In this document: piece after piece, positions 14,124-25,223 of the stretch
Layout of the letters: each line of letters begins with the position of its first letter
Numbering within the stretch: position 1 is the first letter of the stretch
DNA from: Mitosporidium daphniae
Taxonomy: Eukaryota
Direction of reading: 5' to 3'
Length of the DNA: 33,691 nt
NCBI RefSeq assembly: GCF_000760515.2
Contig: NW_013546301.1
Coordinates: 1-33,691 of the forward strand
Notes under the pieces: model-generated
Told to the model about the DNA's origin: nothing
Databases searched by the model: none
What the model saw: only the letters and a program-made list of their open reading frames with translations
Position numbers and translations under genes: made by a program

Positions 14124-14975
14124 CTAAAATCCCAAAAAGGACTTCTTTTTAGACTGTTTAGGAAATTGACGCGGGTTGGGGAGAACTTTTGGAAAGGTCA
14201 AATTTATGGTCGATAGATTAAAAGACGACCCTCCGATTTCCATGGCAGAAAATCTTTCCATCGTGGCTGATGTATCTCTTGACGGTTCTTTATATTCCGA
14301 AGAAAATGCATGTGCTGCCGATCTGGATGGAGGTAATGACTGTGTTGTGACGTTGGAAATTGAAGCTAAGGGCTGACTTCTTCCAAGATGAGATGAGTTG
14401 AAGGTTGAAGGGCCATGCTTTTCGGGCAACATGGGAGGTGGCTGTGGTATTGAATCAGAAAGAGGTTTAACTGGAGATGTGCTTGGCATTCTGGGTGGAG
14501 CGGGGGCCATGCTTGGCATTCTGGGTGGAGCGGGGGCCATGCTTGGCATTCTGGGTGGAGCGGGGGCCATGCTTGGCATTCTGGGTGGAGCGGGGGCCAT
14601 GCTTGGCATTCTGGGTGGAGCGGGGGCCATGCTTGGTATCTTGGGTGGAGCGGGGGCCATGCTTGGCATCTTGGGTGGAGCAGGGGGTGGAGGCTGCGAA
14701 GGCATTTTCTTTTCCATTTTAGGCAATACTTTCGAAGTTTCAGACCCGACTTTACGAAGGGTTGGCATTCCGCCTTGGAATAGTCCGCCAAGAGAAACAG
14801 GTGGGTGGTCTTCAATGATACTGTTTCCAGCAGAAGCTATGCTGCTGGAATTGGAGGCAACTGCGGATCCAATGGCTACTGTTGCCCCTTCAACAATCGG
14901 AGCAGACCTGTCATTCGTTTTTGTCTTTTTTAATGATTTTCCTTTTTCAATTGACTTCAAAAGGGAACTATTCAT
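14124..14975 (-). CDS. VRP1: Verprolin / WIP-family actin regulator
   Basis: WH2 motif LLKSIEKGKSLKKTKTNDRSAP, second motif LGGLFQGGMPTLRK, proline-rich core, C-terminal WASP-binding-like TFPKVLPNPRQF. Confidence 0.9.
   Translation of the reverse strand: MNSSLLKSIEKGKSLKKTKTNDRSAPIVEGATVAIGSAVASNSSSIASAGNSIIEDHPPVSLGGLFQGGMPTLRKVGSETSKVLPKMEKKMPSQPPPPAPPKMPSMAPAPPKIPSMAPAPPRMPSMAPAPPRMPSMAPAPPRMPSMAPAPPRMPSMAPAPPRMPSTSPVKPLSDSIPQPPPMLPEKHGPSTFNSSHLGRSQPLASISNVTTQSLPPSRSAAHAFSSEYKEPSRDTSATMERFSAMEIGGSSFNLSTINLTFPKVLPNPRQFPKQSKKKSFLGF
14481..14690 (-). repeat. 30-nt coding tandem repeat (APPRMPSMAP), 5 perfect and 2 degenerate copies
   Basis: gcttggcattctgggtggagcgggggccat repeats exactly across 14481-14630. 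Confidence 0.97.
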
Positions 14976-15149
14976 TTTTGAAAAAATGAAAAAAGACACT
15001 TATGCCATTTTAATAAAAACATCATTGGTCAATTGTCCCTAAATTAACGTAAGGGTATTAGATTTTAATTAACACCATTAAATTTAATCAAGGAAATTTC
15101 TAGAAGCATCGGTAACTTAAATCCATCAAATCGTTGATTTTTTGCTCAA

Positions 15150-17522
15150 ATGAAGTTCTTGCACTTTATCGTTCTCAATCTCTTCATTGTCACCTGCTTG
15201 TTTGCTGCGGCTACGTTTTCTTCTGCAGCAGAGGCTGATATCCATAACTTCCAATCTAATGCCAAAGATCTTCTTTCCATATTTAGCAGATCAATCTACA
15301 AGAAGCCATCAGATTTCATTAGGGAGCTCCTTTCCAATGCTGCAGATGCCCTTAACATTAAAAGATTGTCATCACTTACTCTTGGCGGAGGCTCCACCGA
15401 AGAATACAAAGTTTCGGTGATTTGCAACCCCATCAAGAAGGAATTGATGTTCATTGACACGGGATGTGGTATGGACGACGTAGATATGCGAGCAAATCTT
15501 GGCACCTTTGCCAAATCGGGAACCAAAGAAAAAATGCAACAAATAAAGGCAACAAATTCCTCGACCCATTCAGAGCTTATTGGTCAATTTGGACTTGGGT
15601 TCTATTCTGCATTTATTGTTGCGGACACGGTTACTGTTGTTTCTAAAAAGCACTCTTCTGACGGTACAGCGCACAAAAAATATGTGTGGAATTGCAATAT
15701 TAACGATGGAAATTATACGATTAAAGAGATTAAAGACGATGACCCCTTGGAGCGATCGTTTCCCATCTCTAGTGGCACCAAGGTCATCCTCCACATTTCC
15801 GACGAAAGATTGTTGAGAGACATTTCAGATGAACTTGCTGATGATGAGCAGGAAAAGCTTGACTTTCTTGATCCCGATTATTTGAAAGAACTTATCATCG
15901 AGTATTCTCAGTATATCTCATACCCAATCTATTTGGTTTACAACAAAACAGTTACTTCTGAGGTTCCATTGGACGTGGAAGAAGAAAAACCCTCAACACA
16001 TGATGAGGAGATTAAAGTTGAAGAAGAGGACGATGAGTCAAAGGCCAAAAAGACCACCAAAACCGTCACATCTGAAGAAGTTGTCACGGAAAAGGTAAAC
16101 ATACAAAAGCCTATTTGGGCCGATTCTTCCTCAAGTGTCACTGCTGAGCAGTATAACACCTTTTACAAGACCACATTTAAGGAATCCTCTGATCCCATAA
16201 TACATCAAAGAGGATCTGGTAGCATTTCGTTGAAAACATCGGTGGACTTCCAATACCTCATTTACATTCCAAAGACACCCTCATTTCAGCCATTTTCTGG
16301 CGAAGACATCCCCAAGTTTCTCAAGCTTTATGTGAAGAGAGTGTTTGTCACCGATGAGTTTGGCGAAATGTTTCCCAGATACTTGTCATTTATTAGGGGG
16401 GTCGTTGATGTAGAGGATCTTCCATTGAACGTGTCTCGTGAAAGTTTACAAGACCTTACGGCGCTCAAATCGGTCTTCAAATATCTTGCTAACAAAGTGG
16501 TTGGGCTTATTCACAGTCTGTCAAAGAACATCACGGCGTACGAGCCGTTTTATAAGCAATATTCTGGCCACATCAAGCTGGGTATCATTGTTGAGAAGGA
16601 TCAAAAACGCAAGGATTCCCTGGTGCCTTTGTTGCACTTTAAGTCGTCCCATAATGTTAGCGGTGTCTTTCTGGATGAATATATCTCAAGAATGCCAGAA
16701 ATGCAGACCGAAATATACTTTGTCACCGGCAGTTCGGTCAAAGAAATGCGAAAGCTTCCCCAAATTGAGATGGCCATAAAGAAGGGCTATGAAGTGCTGT
16801 ATTTGGATGAGTCCTTTGACGAATACTTGGTCCAGGCCACTCCCACCTATAAAGGAAAAGTTCTCCGCAATCTTGCCAAATCGGGCGTCAATCTTTCTGA
16901 CGAGTCTGAAAAGCAGAAGCTAGAAGAAGCTCAAAAGAGGTTCAAGCCATTGACTGCTCATATGCAGAAGCTTTTTGCATCCACCATCGAAAAGGTGGTT
17001 GTATCCGGTAATCTCGACCGTTCTCCCGTTGCCATTAGTGCCTCTGCCAATGGAATTTCTCCGCAAATGGAAAAGCTTTTAAAGGCAAACAAGAACGATT
17101 TTATGGCCCAATACTATTTGGGGCAAAAAAAGATTCTTGAGATCAATCCGGAGCATCCTTTAATCCAGTCAATGTTGGATGATGTCGTTTCCGCCTCAGA
17201 GCCCGTCGAAGAGTCGGACAAGAATATGAAGTTGCTCTACTACTCCGCCCTCTTGCATTCCGGGTACGAAATATCCAATCCTGCCGAGTTTTCCCAGGCA
17301 ATTGAAGACATGCTGCGTTCCAAATATGGACTGAGCTCTACAAGCAAACGTGAGGAAACCCAGGAGGATTTATTTTCTCAAAAGGAAAATCCCATGTTTT
17401 CGTTCCCAAATATGGAGGATTTTGGCTTAAATTCGGAAGAGGCCGCAGAAGCCAACCTTGACGAGAAAATGGCTGCTGAGTATGCGGCCATGGATGCTGC
17501 TGCAGAGCATGAGGAGATTTAA
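15150..17522 (+). CDS. GRP94: ER Hsp90 (Grp94/endoplasmin), intronless, C-terminal HEEI
   Basis: Signal peptide, FIRELLSNAADAL, DTGCGM, IGQFGLGFYSAF, LKLYVKRVF, DLPLNVSRESLQ, LEINPEHP; ends in HEEI rather than MEEVD. Confidence 0.92.
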   Translation: MKFLHFIVLNLFIVTCLFAAATFSSAAEADIHNFQSNAKDLLSIFSRSIYKKPSDFIRELLSNAADALNIKRLSSLTLGGGSTEEYKVSVICNPIKKELMFIDTGCGMDDVDMRANLGTFAKSGTKEKMQQIKATNSSTHSELIGQFGLGFYSAFIVADTVTVVSKKHSSDGTAHKKYVWNCNINDGNYTIKEIKDDDPLERSFPISSGTKVILHISDERLLRDISDELADDEQEKLDFLDPDYLKELIIEYSQYISYPIYLVYNKTVTSEVPLDVEEEKPSTHDEEIKVEEEDDESKAKKTTKTVTSEEVVTEKVNIQKPIWADSSSSVTAEQYNTFYKTTFKESSDPIIHQRGSGSISLKTSVDFQYLIYIPKTPSFQPFSGEDIPKFLKLYVKRVFVTDEFGEMFPRYLSFIRGVVDVEDLPLNVSRESLQDLTALKSVFKYLANKVVGLIHSLSKNITAYEPFYKQYSGHIKLGIIVEKDQKRKDSLVPLLHFKSSHNVSGVFLDEYISRMPEMQTEIYFVTGSSVKEMRKLPQIEMAIKKGYEVLYLDESFDEYLVQATPTYKGKVLRNLAKSGVNLSDESEKQKLEEAQKRFKPLTAHMQKLFASTIEKVVVSGNLDRSPVAISASANGISPQMEKLLKANKNDFMAQYYLGQKKILEINPEHPLIQSMLDDVVSASEPVEESDKNMKLLYYSALLHSGYEISNPAEFSQAIEDMLRSKYGLSSTSKREETQEDLFSQKENPMFSFPNMEDFGLNSEEAAEANLDEKMAAEYAAMDAAAEHEEI

Positions 17523-17634
17523 ATAAACATTTAATGATCATCAGCCCCCCCCCCCCAACGCCTACTCAACATCACCTAATTGCTTGCGTTTGGTTCCTGC
17601 TGTTCTTTTTCGGTTACGTTTATTGGCTACAAAA

Positions 17635-18823
17635 TCATTTTGCACGCATGTCAATTTTCTTGATGTAAATGGAATCCAGCGGCGTGCTATCGTTAGCGAT
17701 GATGGTCTTACTCCTTTTCGCCCTCTTCGAAGCAGTATGAAGATGCAACTGCCAGGAATTGGCCGGAAAGATCAAAATCCAACGCTGAGATGCTCGTTGG
17801 GAAGCCTGGAAATATTTTTATCCGCCTTTTTGCCACAAGATCCCAAATGCAAGCAGAAGCATCTGAACCGCCGGTCGCAAAAACAAGCGACCTAGTTTAA
17901 GAGCTTGTCCTTACTTTGGGTGGAAGGCAATCGCATTTACAGGATAAACGACCTCAGTAGGCTCTTGCTCTGTCACCATCGACCGGTGGCATTTGAAGGC
18001 ATATTTTTTTGCTTGGTCGCCGGCTTCAATGTAATCCACACTCACTCGCCCCTCGATTGATGAGCATACGAAAACTAAAGTAAGAACGTGAACGGGAACT
18101 ATTCGGATCGATTGGGCAAATTCGAACGCATCTTGTTTGGTATTTCAGAGAAGACTCCCGCTTTTGGATGCAATCCAACTTGGGCGAATTAAGATCGACC
18201 TCGAAAACATCGATGTTTCTATTCGCCATTCCCACTACAATGCGGTATGCACCTGTCGACGGCACTGGCTGGCAATCGATTGCATATACTTTGTCAGAAA
18301 GCACAACGTTGGACACCAATTTCGCCGTGGACGATGGACCACATGTGGATTCCCAGAGCATCAGGTGTGAATCCCAGCTTCCAGATACAAAAAACCCTAC
18401 AACGTAAATGCACAGCGCAAACTTGAGCCAGGCAGCGAGCAAATCGACTTGATTGGAGCCAGGTGAGCATCTTTTACTTCCGAAACGACCTGCTCTTTTT
18501 CCCAGTCAATGCTAGCAAAATATAAAACAATGATGTATGCACCAGTATAGACTTCCAGAGAGACCACCTGTCCATATTATTGGCCGGTCAAGGCCGGCTG
18601 TCAGTATGCATGCGTCCAGGATGGATCTGTTATTTTCGGGGACTATTCTCGAGACAAGTTTATTTAGTTGGGTATCGTGGACCTGGACAGAACCATCCCA
18701 CGAGGTTGCTAGAAGATATTCGGGATTACAACCAGGCTCTTTGAAAAAACGTAGAGAAGAGATTCCATCCTTTGGCGGGCAAATTAGCTCAAAGTCGCCA
18801 TCGTTGAGTAGTGGAGAGACCAT
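17635..18823 (-). CDS. BUB3: Spindle checkpoint WD40 protein Bub3; introns 18512-18542, 18397-18422, 18075-18099, 17892-17914, 17687-17711
   Basis: PPKDGISSLRF, TSWDG, RESSLKYQTR, SSIEGRV, YAFKCHR, YPVNAIAFHP, FATGGSD, ASSYCFEEG. Confidence 0.92.
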
Positions 18824-18976
18824 GGTTGAAAATAAAATTTTATTGAAACGATGCATCGCCAATATGCCGGCCATTTTAAATTGCAAACCTCATTTCGGGG
18901 CTGCATTGTAATTTTCCAAATACAACTGCAACATTTCGGGCACCCAAAGTTATGATCGGCCGCCAAAGTGAAATGT

Positions 18977-19294
18977 ATGCACCAATTTTGTGATCATTGC
19001 AGGGAGGCAAAAGTCGACACGATAAACAAACTTTTAGAGAACATATCGAATGATACTGATGCCTCATGCATTTCCTCCTCCATCAGAACCCAGATATGTC
19101 CTCGCATTGCAAAAATCTCGGACCTCTTATCCGAAATCAATGGCTCGATCAAGTTATTCCGTATTTTACCAAGTAGATTTATAGAGTCAAAGCTAGAAGC
19201 CACATATCCAAAAGAGCTTGATGAGGCGAAAAATGTGTTCCACTGCGCAGTGTCAGGTAAATACGGCTTGAGCTTAACATGAGATGATGAGTAG
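18977..19294 (+). CDS. Small hypothetical protein (N-terminal CxxC), possible intron 19257-19283
   Basis: ORF of about 100 codons divergent from Bub3 across an AT-rich spacer; GTAAAT donor near the end; no homology recognised. Confidence 0.4.
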
Positions 19295-19627
19295 CGCTTT
19301 AATGTGCAGATTCTTTTTTCTGCCAGGGCCACAGCAATAAAACCCCATCTAACACTGTGATTGCAAGGATAGATTTAGGGCTGGGCCAGACAATCTTTGG
19401 GACGCCATGGTGGCATCCACATGATGGGGCCCATTTAAAATTTCCATTTTAAACAGTACAATGGGCTACAGGTTTTACACCAAAATTGCTTGTTTTGTGT
19501 AATTTTATTAAATCATGGGGTCACCAATTACTTTGGAATCGTAGATCAATGCAATTAAAGCGATGCGAATAATGAAATTTGCAATCCCGTGATCGAAATT
19601 TAATTTACTCGGCGCTTAAAACGTCTC

Positions 19628-20871
19628 ATGTGTAGCATTCGGTCTCTCGATCTGTCAACACTCAATTTTGGCACTTATCTTTTTCTCGTGCTTGCATTTT
19701 CGGGTCTCCTAGTTTATGCAATTATTTTTATGAATCAAAGTCCAGGGACACCCATCAATGCAGCTGATCAACTCAAGATGGTCGAATATACCATCCAGCC
19801 ATTGCAATCAAAAGGCCTAGGAAACAATAGCATGGCTGTGAGGCCCAATGCTTCAAGCATTTTATTTACCACTTTGGTTTCATTTGTGCTGCGATTGTGC
19901 GCCATACTTTGTCTCAATTTCCTGATCATTGATTTTAGCAATTTGCACCCCGAAATTGGACTATTGGGATATTTTACCTTTTTATTGGTGGCATTATTAA
20001 TTGTCTGCAAAATCAACTTTGAGGGGCTATTTGAGAAAAGGGCTGTATCGATCTTTGGGCCTTCAACCCTGTGCGTTTCGCTGTATTCGTGTAGCCAATT
20101 GAATCATCTTTTTGCAAAAGCATTGGAGGAAATATTTGGCCGATGGTCGAACATTCATATACCCAACCACATCGATAAAAATGCGCTATCCAAAAACATT
20201 TCCATTCTGTACGAATTTACACATGCCATGACTTCGCACTTGGAGGGCACTTATTTTTTCGTCCACAGAGCTCCAATCACACACGAAGACGAGAAATTTC
20301 TGCTGATGGTTGCCTATAATAGCTATATTGACACTATTTTTGAGGAATTTCTTCACGGCCCCGTATATTGGCACGTTTTTTGCTACTTTGACCCCCAAAG
20401 CTCATTTGTTGCAGCGTGCAAGGCAAACTTTGACAACGTTATTTCTGCCACCAACACTTCGAAATATCAAAAGCAATCTGCTTTGAAGACACCCGTTGCA
20501 GATGCCAGGATTTTGGGGTTTCTGCACAAGAATGTTGAACTACTTATCCCTTACTATGCGCATGGATACTACCATGCCATTTGCATCCATGATGATCTTA
20601 ATCTTGTTCATGCCAGGTCGATGGAAATCCTCAGATTGGCTTCAAACACAAAATCGACCAAACCGCAAATTGAGGCATGCTTCGGAATAGCGAATTTATG
20701 CAAGCCGTTGCAAGACTGAAGGAACTTTGTCCCGAAAAAATCCCGCCAAGAATCCTAATTTTGTATCCAGGGGCAATACCCAGCCCGATCTCACTATATC
20801 TAGAAACTGCAAATCAAGCCGTATACGCGGTTTTGAACGGCCAAAATTTTAATAATAAATCGGTAGATTAG
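19628..20871 (+). CDS. Hypothetical membrane protein (about 3 hydrophobic segments plus a soluble domain); ends at 20719 unspliced or 20871 with one intron
   Basis: 363-codon ORF with hydrophobic stretches; the overlapping frame 20677-20871 looks coding. Confidence 0.6.
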
Positions 20872-20886
20872 CAAATGCGGTCTAAA

Positions 20887-22551
<1,665 letters not shown>

Positions 22552-22709
22552 TGAACCCGACAGTGGAAAGGCTGGTTCGTATATTTATAAACTTTCATTT
22601 CGACATAAATTTCGACGAGACAACAACTGAAACGCAATTACCAATCGGATCGGCATACTCCAATTCATACAATTTGCAAAAGTAGCCCAGTTTTTAAATT
22701 AATTTATCG

Positions 22710-24434
22710 TCACATTTTTCTAATCAATTTCCCAAACAAGGTGGAGGCAGTTCCCCCGATGATTTCAAGCTCAACAAAGTCCCCGCAACACAATACCCCG
22801 TCGTCTCGGTGTAAATTTGCCATGGTTTCCTGGTATCCCTCTTTTATAATGACCATCTTGTTTCCTTGGTTCCTACCGCGCCACTCTTTTTCGGCCCTTC
22901 TGCTGGGCCCTTCCAGCAAAACAAGCTCTTTCTTCCCGATCCATTTTTCTTTTACAAGATCATCTGCGATTTGGTAAAACCGGTCAATAAGCCGTCTTAA
23001 TCTTTTGCTCTTGATTTCTTCCGGGACGTCATCGCTCATCGTTCTTGCTGCGTGTGTCTTTGCTCGTTGCGAGTATGAAAATAAATATCCCGTATCGTAC
23101 TTTGCAATCTCAAGCAGCGAAAGAGTTTCTTCAAACTCAGCATCGGTTTCGCCACAAAACCCCACAATGATATCGGTAGAAATTGTGACGCCCGGAATTG
23201 TGTCCCTAATGGTGTTTAAAAGATCGATGTAGGCCTCTCTGGTGTATCCTCTCCGCATTCTGTCAAGTACACTAGAAGAGCCTGATTGTGCTGGCAGATG
23301 GATGTGTTTGCAAATGTTGCTCCTTTCGCTCATTAGTTTAAGTAAGGACATTGGAAAATCTTTTGGATGCGGGCTAGTAAATCTAAACCATGTTTTGGGG
23401 AATTTCTCGGACAAAATATCCAAAAGATCCGCAAATCTTGCAACGTTAGCGCCGGCAAGCTTTTGCTTGTAAATGGTTTTAAACCCAGGCGCCAGGTGTG
23501 ATGCGTCTTCAAGAGTTGCAGTTGCAGCCATCGTTTGATCAAGATACGAGTTGACATTTTGACCCAAAAGCGTCACTACTTTTACATCTTCTTGCTCAAC
23601 CAAATGCCTAACCTCATTAATAATGGTGTGGAAAGGTCTGGACCTTTCCCTTCCTCTGGTAAAAGGTACAATGCAATAAGAACACATGTTGTCGCATCCG
23701 CGCATAATGCTAACAAACGCAGCCTTTGATGAGGGGTCTACTCTGACAGGCCTTAGCTCGGCATATGTCTCTTCGATCGATAACTGTACATTAATTGAAG
23801 GCATTCCAGTTATCCCGGTTGTCCTTAACAATTGGGGTAAAGATCTATATGCATCTGGACCGCAAACCACATCTGCGCATCTTTTCCCTGTAGTCAGAAC
23901 CCCTTTTAATCTTTCGGCCATGCATCCCAAAATGCCAACCAATAAAGGCCGTTGGCTTTGTTTCTTTTTAAGGCCCAGTTTGGAGTTTGCATGTTCATGA
24001 CAGTGTCGTAATGCATCGATGCGTTCAAAAATTTTGGTTTCCGCATTTTCACGGATCGAACAAGTCATCAATAGTACTGCATCGGCCGGTGTTGTTTGTG
24101 GATCGGAGAATTTCGCGATAAGGTTAAAGCCAGCGTCTAGCAATATGGAGCGAACGAGCTCAGTATCGGATACATTCATTTGACACCCATATGTCTCCAG
24201 TGCAACTGTTCTCGGAAAAGTTCCCTCCTGCGTGTTCAAATTCAAATCTCCAATTATTTCTTCACAATCGGTGGGAGATGTTTGGTGGTGAAAAGTAGAC
24301 GACTCAGTTAAGCTGTTCCCTGCATCTTTTACATGTAAAAAATCGCTGAGCAAAGGGCCTTGTTTGGGCAAAACCCTTTGTTGCGTAGAAAAAGCCCTCC
24401 TTAATTGCAAAAAGAAAGTAACTTTCTGGGACAT
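22710..24434 (-). CDS. CDK5RAP1: Mitochondrial tRNA methylthiotransferase CDK5RAP1/MiaB (radical SAM), intronless
   Basis: Presequence-like MSQKVTFFLQLRRAFST, ETYGCQMNVSD, TCSIRE, GCMAERL, CDNMCSYC (CxxxCxxC), RFTSPHPKDF, TRAM-like C-terminus. Confidence 0.95.
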   Translation of the reverse strand: MSQKVTFFLQLRRAFSTQQRVLPKQGPLLSDFLHVKDAGNSLTESSTFHHQTSPTDCEEIIGDLNLNTQEGTFPRTVALETYGCQMNVSDTELVRSILLDAGFNLIAKFSDPQTTPADAVLLMTCSIRENAETKIFERIDALRHCHEHANSKLGLKKKQSQRPLLVGILGCMAERLKGVLTTGKRCADVVCGPDAYRSLPQLLRTTGITGMPSINVQLSIEETYAELRPVRVDPSSKAAFVSIMRGCDNMCSYCIVPFTRGRERSRPFHTIINEVRHLVEQEDVKVVTLLGQNVNSYLDQTMAATATLEDASHLAPGFKTIYKQKLAGANVARFADLLDILSEKFPKTWFRFTSPHPKDFPMSLLKLMSERSNICKHIHLPAQSGSSSVLDRMRRGYTREAYIDLLNTIRDTIPGVTISTDIIVGFCGETDAEFEETLSLLEIAKYDTGYLFSYSQRAKTHAARTMSDDVPEEIKSKRLRRLIDRFYQIADDLVKEKWIGKKELVLLEGPSRRAEKEWRGRNQGNKMVIIKEGYQETMANLHRDDGVLCCGDFVELEIIGGTASTLFGKLIRKM

Positions 24435-24446
24435 TAAATTTAAAAA
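24435..24446. promoter_or_regulatory. 12-bp AT-only spacer between divergent start codons, containing AAATTT
   Basis: CAT-TAAATTTAAAAA-ATG; similar AAATTT-like tracts precede many start codons in the window. Confidence 0.6.
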
Positions 24447-25219
24447 ATGAGGTCCAGAATTGACGAAATTCGAGGCCACATCGGACAGAACGATGTCGTT
24501 CTTGTTGCGGTCACGAAAGGACGCACCGTTGATGAAATTCTACAGGCCTATTCATATGGAATAAGGGATTTTGGCGAATCTTATGTGGGTCAATTTCCAT
24601 TAATCATGTCTGCCCTAGGTACAGGAGCTAGTACAGAAAGCAAAGGAGGTTAATATGCTTGCCACATAATTTTGTCAGTGTCCTCCCGATATTAGATGGC
24701 ATTTCATCGGTGCTTTACAAAGCAACAAGATTTCCGCACTGGCAAGTAAGCGTGCTTCTTGCTCGTTTGTTTATAGAAATCCCAAATATATTCATGATCC
24801 ACTCGATATCTTGCACCAAACACGTTCAAATATTGTAGGCGGCTCTACACGAAAAGAAGCTTTGTGTCCTGATCCAAGTCAACGTGTCGCGTGAGCTTCG
24901 TAATGGTGTTTTGTGACAATTTCTAGAAAAGTCGGGTGTCGCGCCTGAATATGACGCCATCAATAGCATGACGTGCTTTATTGAAGAAAATGCGCCCAAC
25001 CTAGTTCTCAAGGGCTTTATGTGCATTGACGAAAAATCGCCGCACATACAGGTCGATTGCGCGAGCTGCTCATTTTCCAAAATGAACGCCATCGGTAAAC
25101 GGTTTCGGGGCTTTCCTCAATTAAGCATGGGGATGACCGATGACTATAAACACGCCCTGAAACATGGAGCTACCATCATTCGGGTCGGATCAGCCATATT
25201 TGGGACCTTAAAAAAGTAG
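24447..25219 (+). CDS. PLPBP: PLP homeostasis protein (PLPBP/PROSC/YggS); introns 24585-24618, 24649-24678, 24746-24776, 24900-24926; in-frame TAG at 24836-24838
   Basis: [53 protein letters not shown]. Confidence 0.9.
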
Positions 25220-25223
25220 GAAC

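Noticed and set aside
13632..14216. 194-aa and 152-aa overlapping ORFs across the secreted repeat gene
   Set aside because: Alternative-frame and antisense shadows; repeat variation is mostly synonymous in the 13565 frame
13799..14690. 30- and 36-nt repeats as a possible CRISPR array
   Set aside because: Head-to-tail with no spacers, in frame within eukaryotic CDSs, and no cas genes
14398..15042. Gly-rich 214-aa ORF (GAGAMLGILG repeats) and other frames over the same repeat
   Set aside because: Antisense and alternative-frame shadows of the verprolin repeat
24836..24838. Genome-wide TAG reassignment
   Set aside because: TAG ends conserved genes at the expected position (Arf1 31247, PLPBP 25219, Ctk1 10050), and no other internal TAG remained after splicing in the exons I translated
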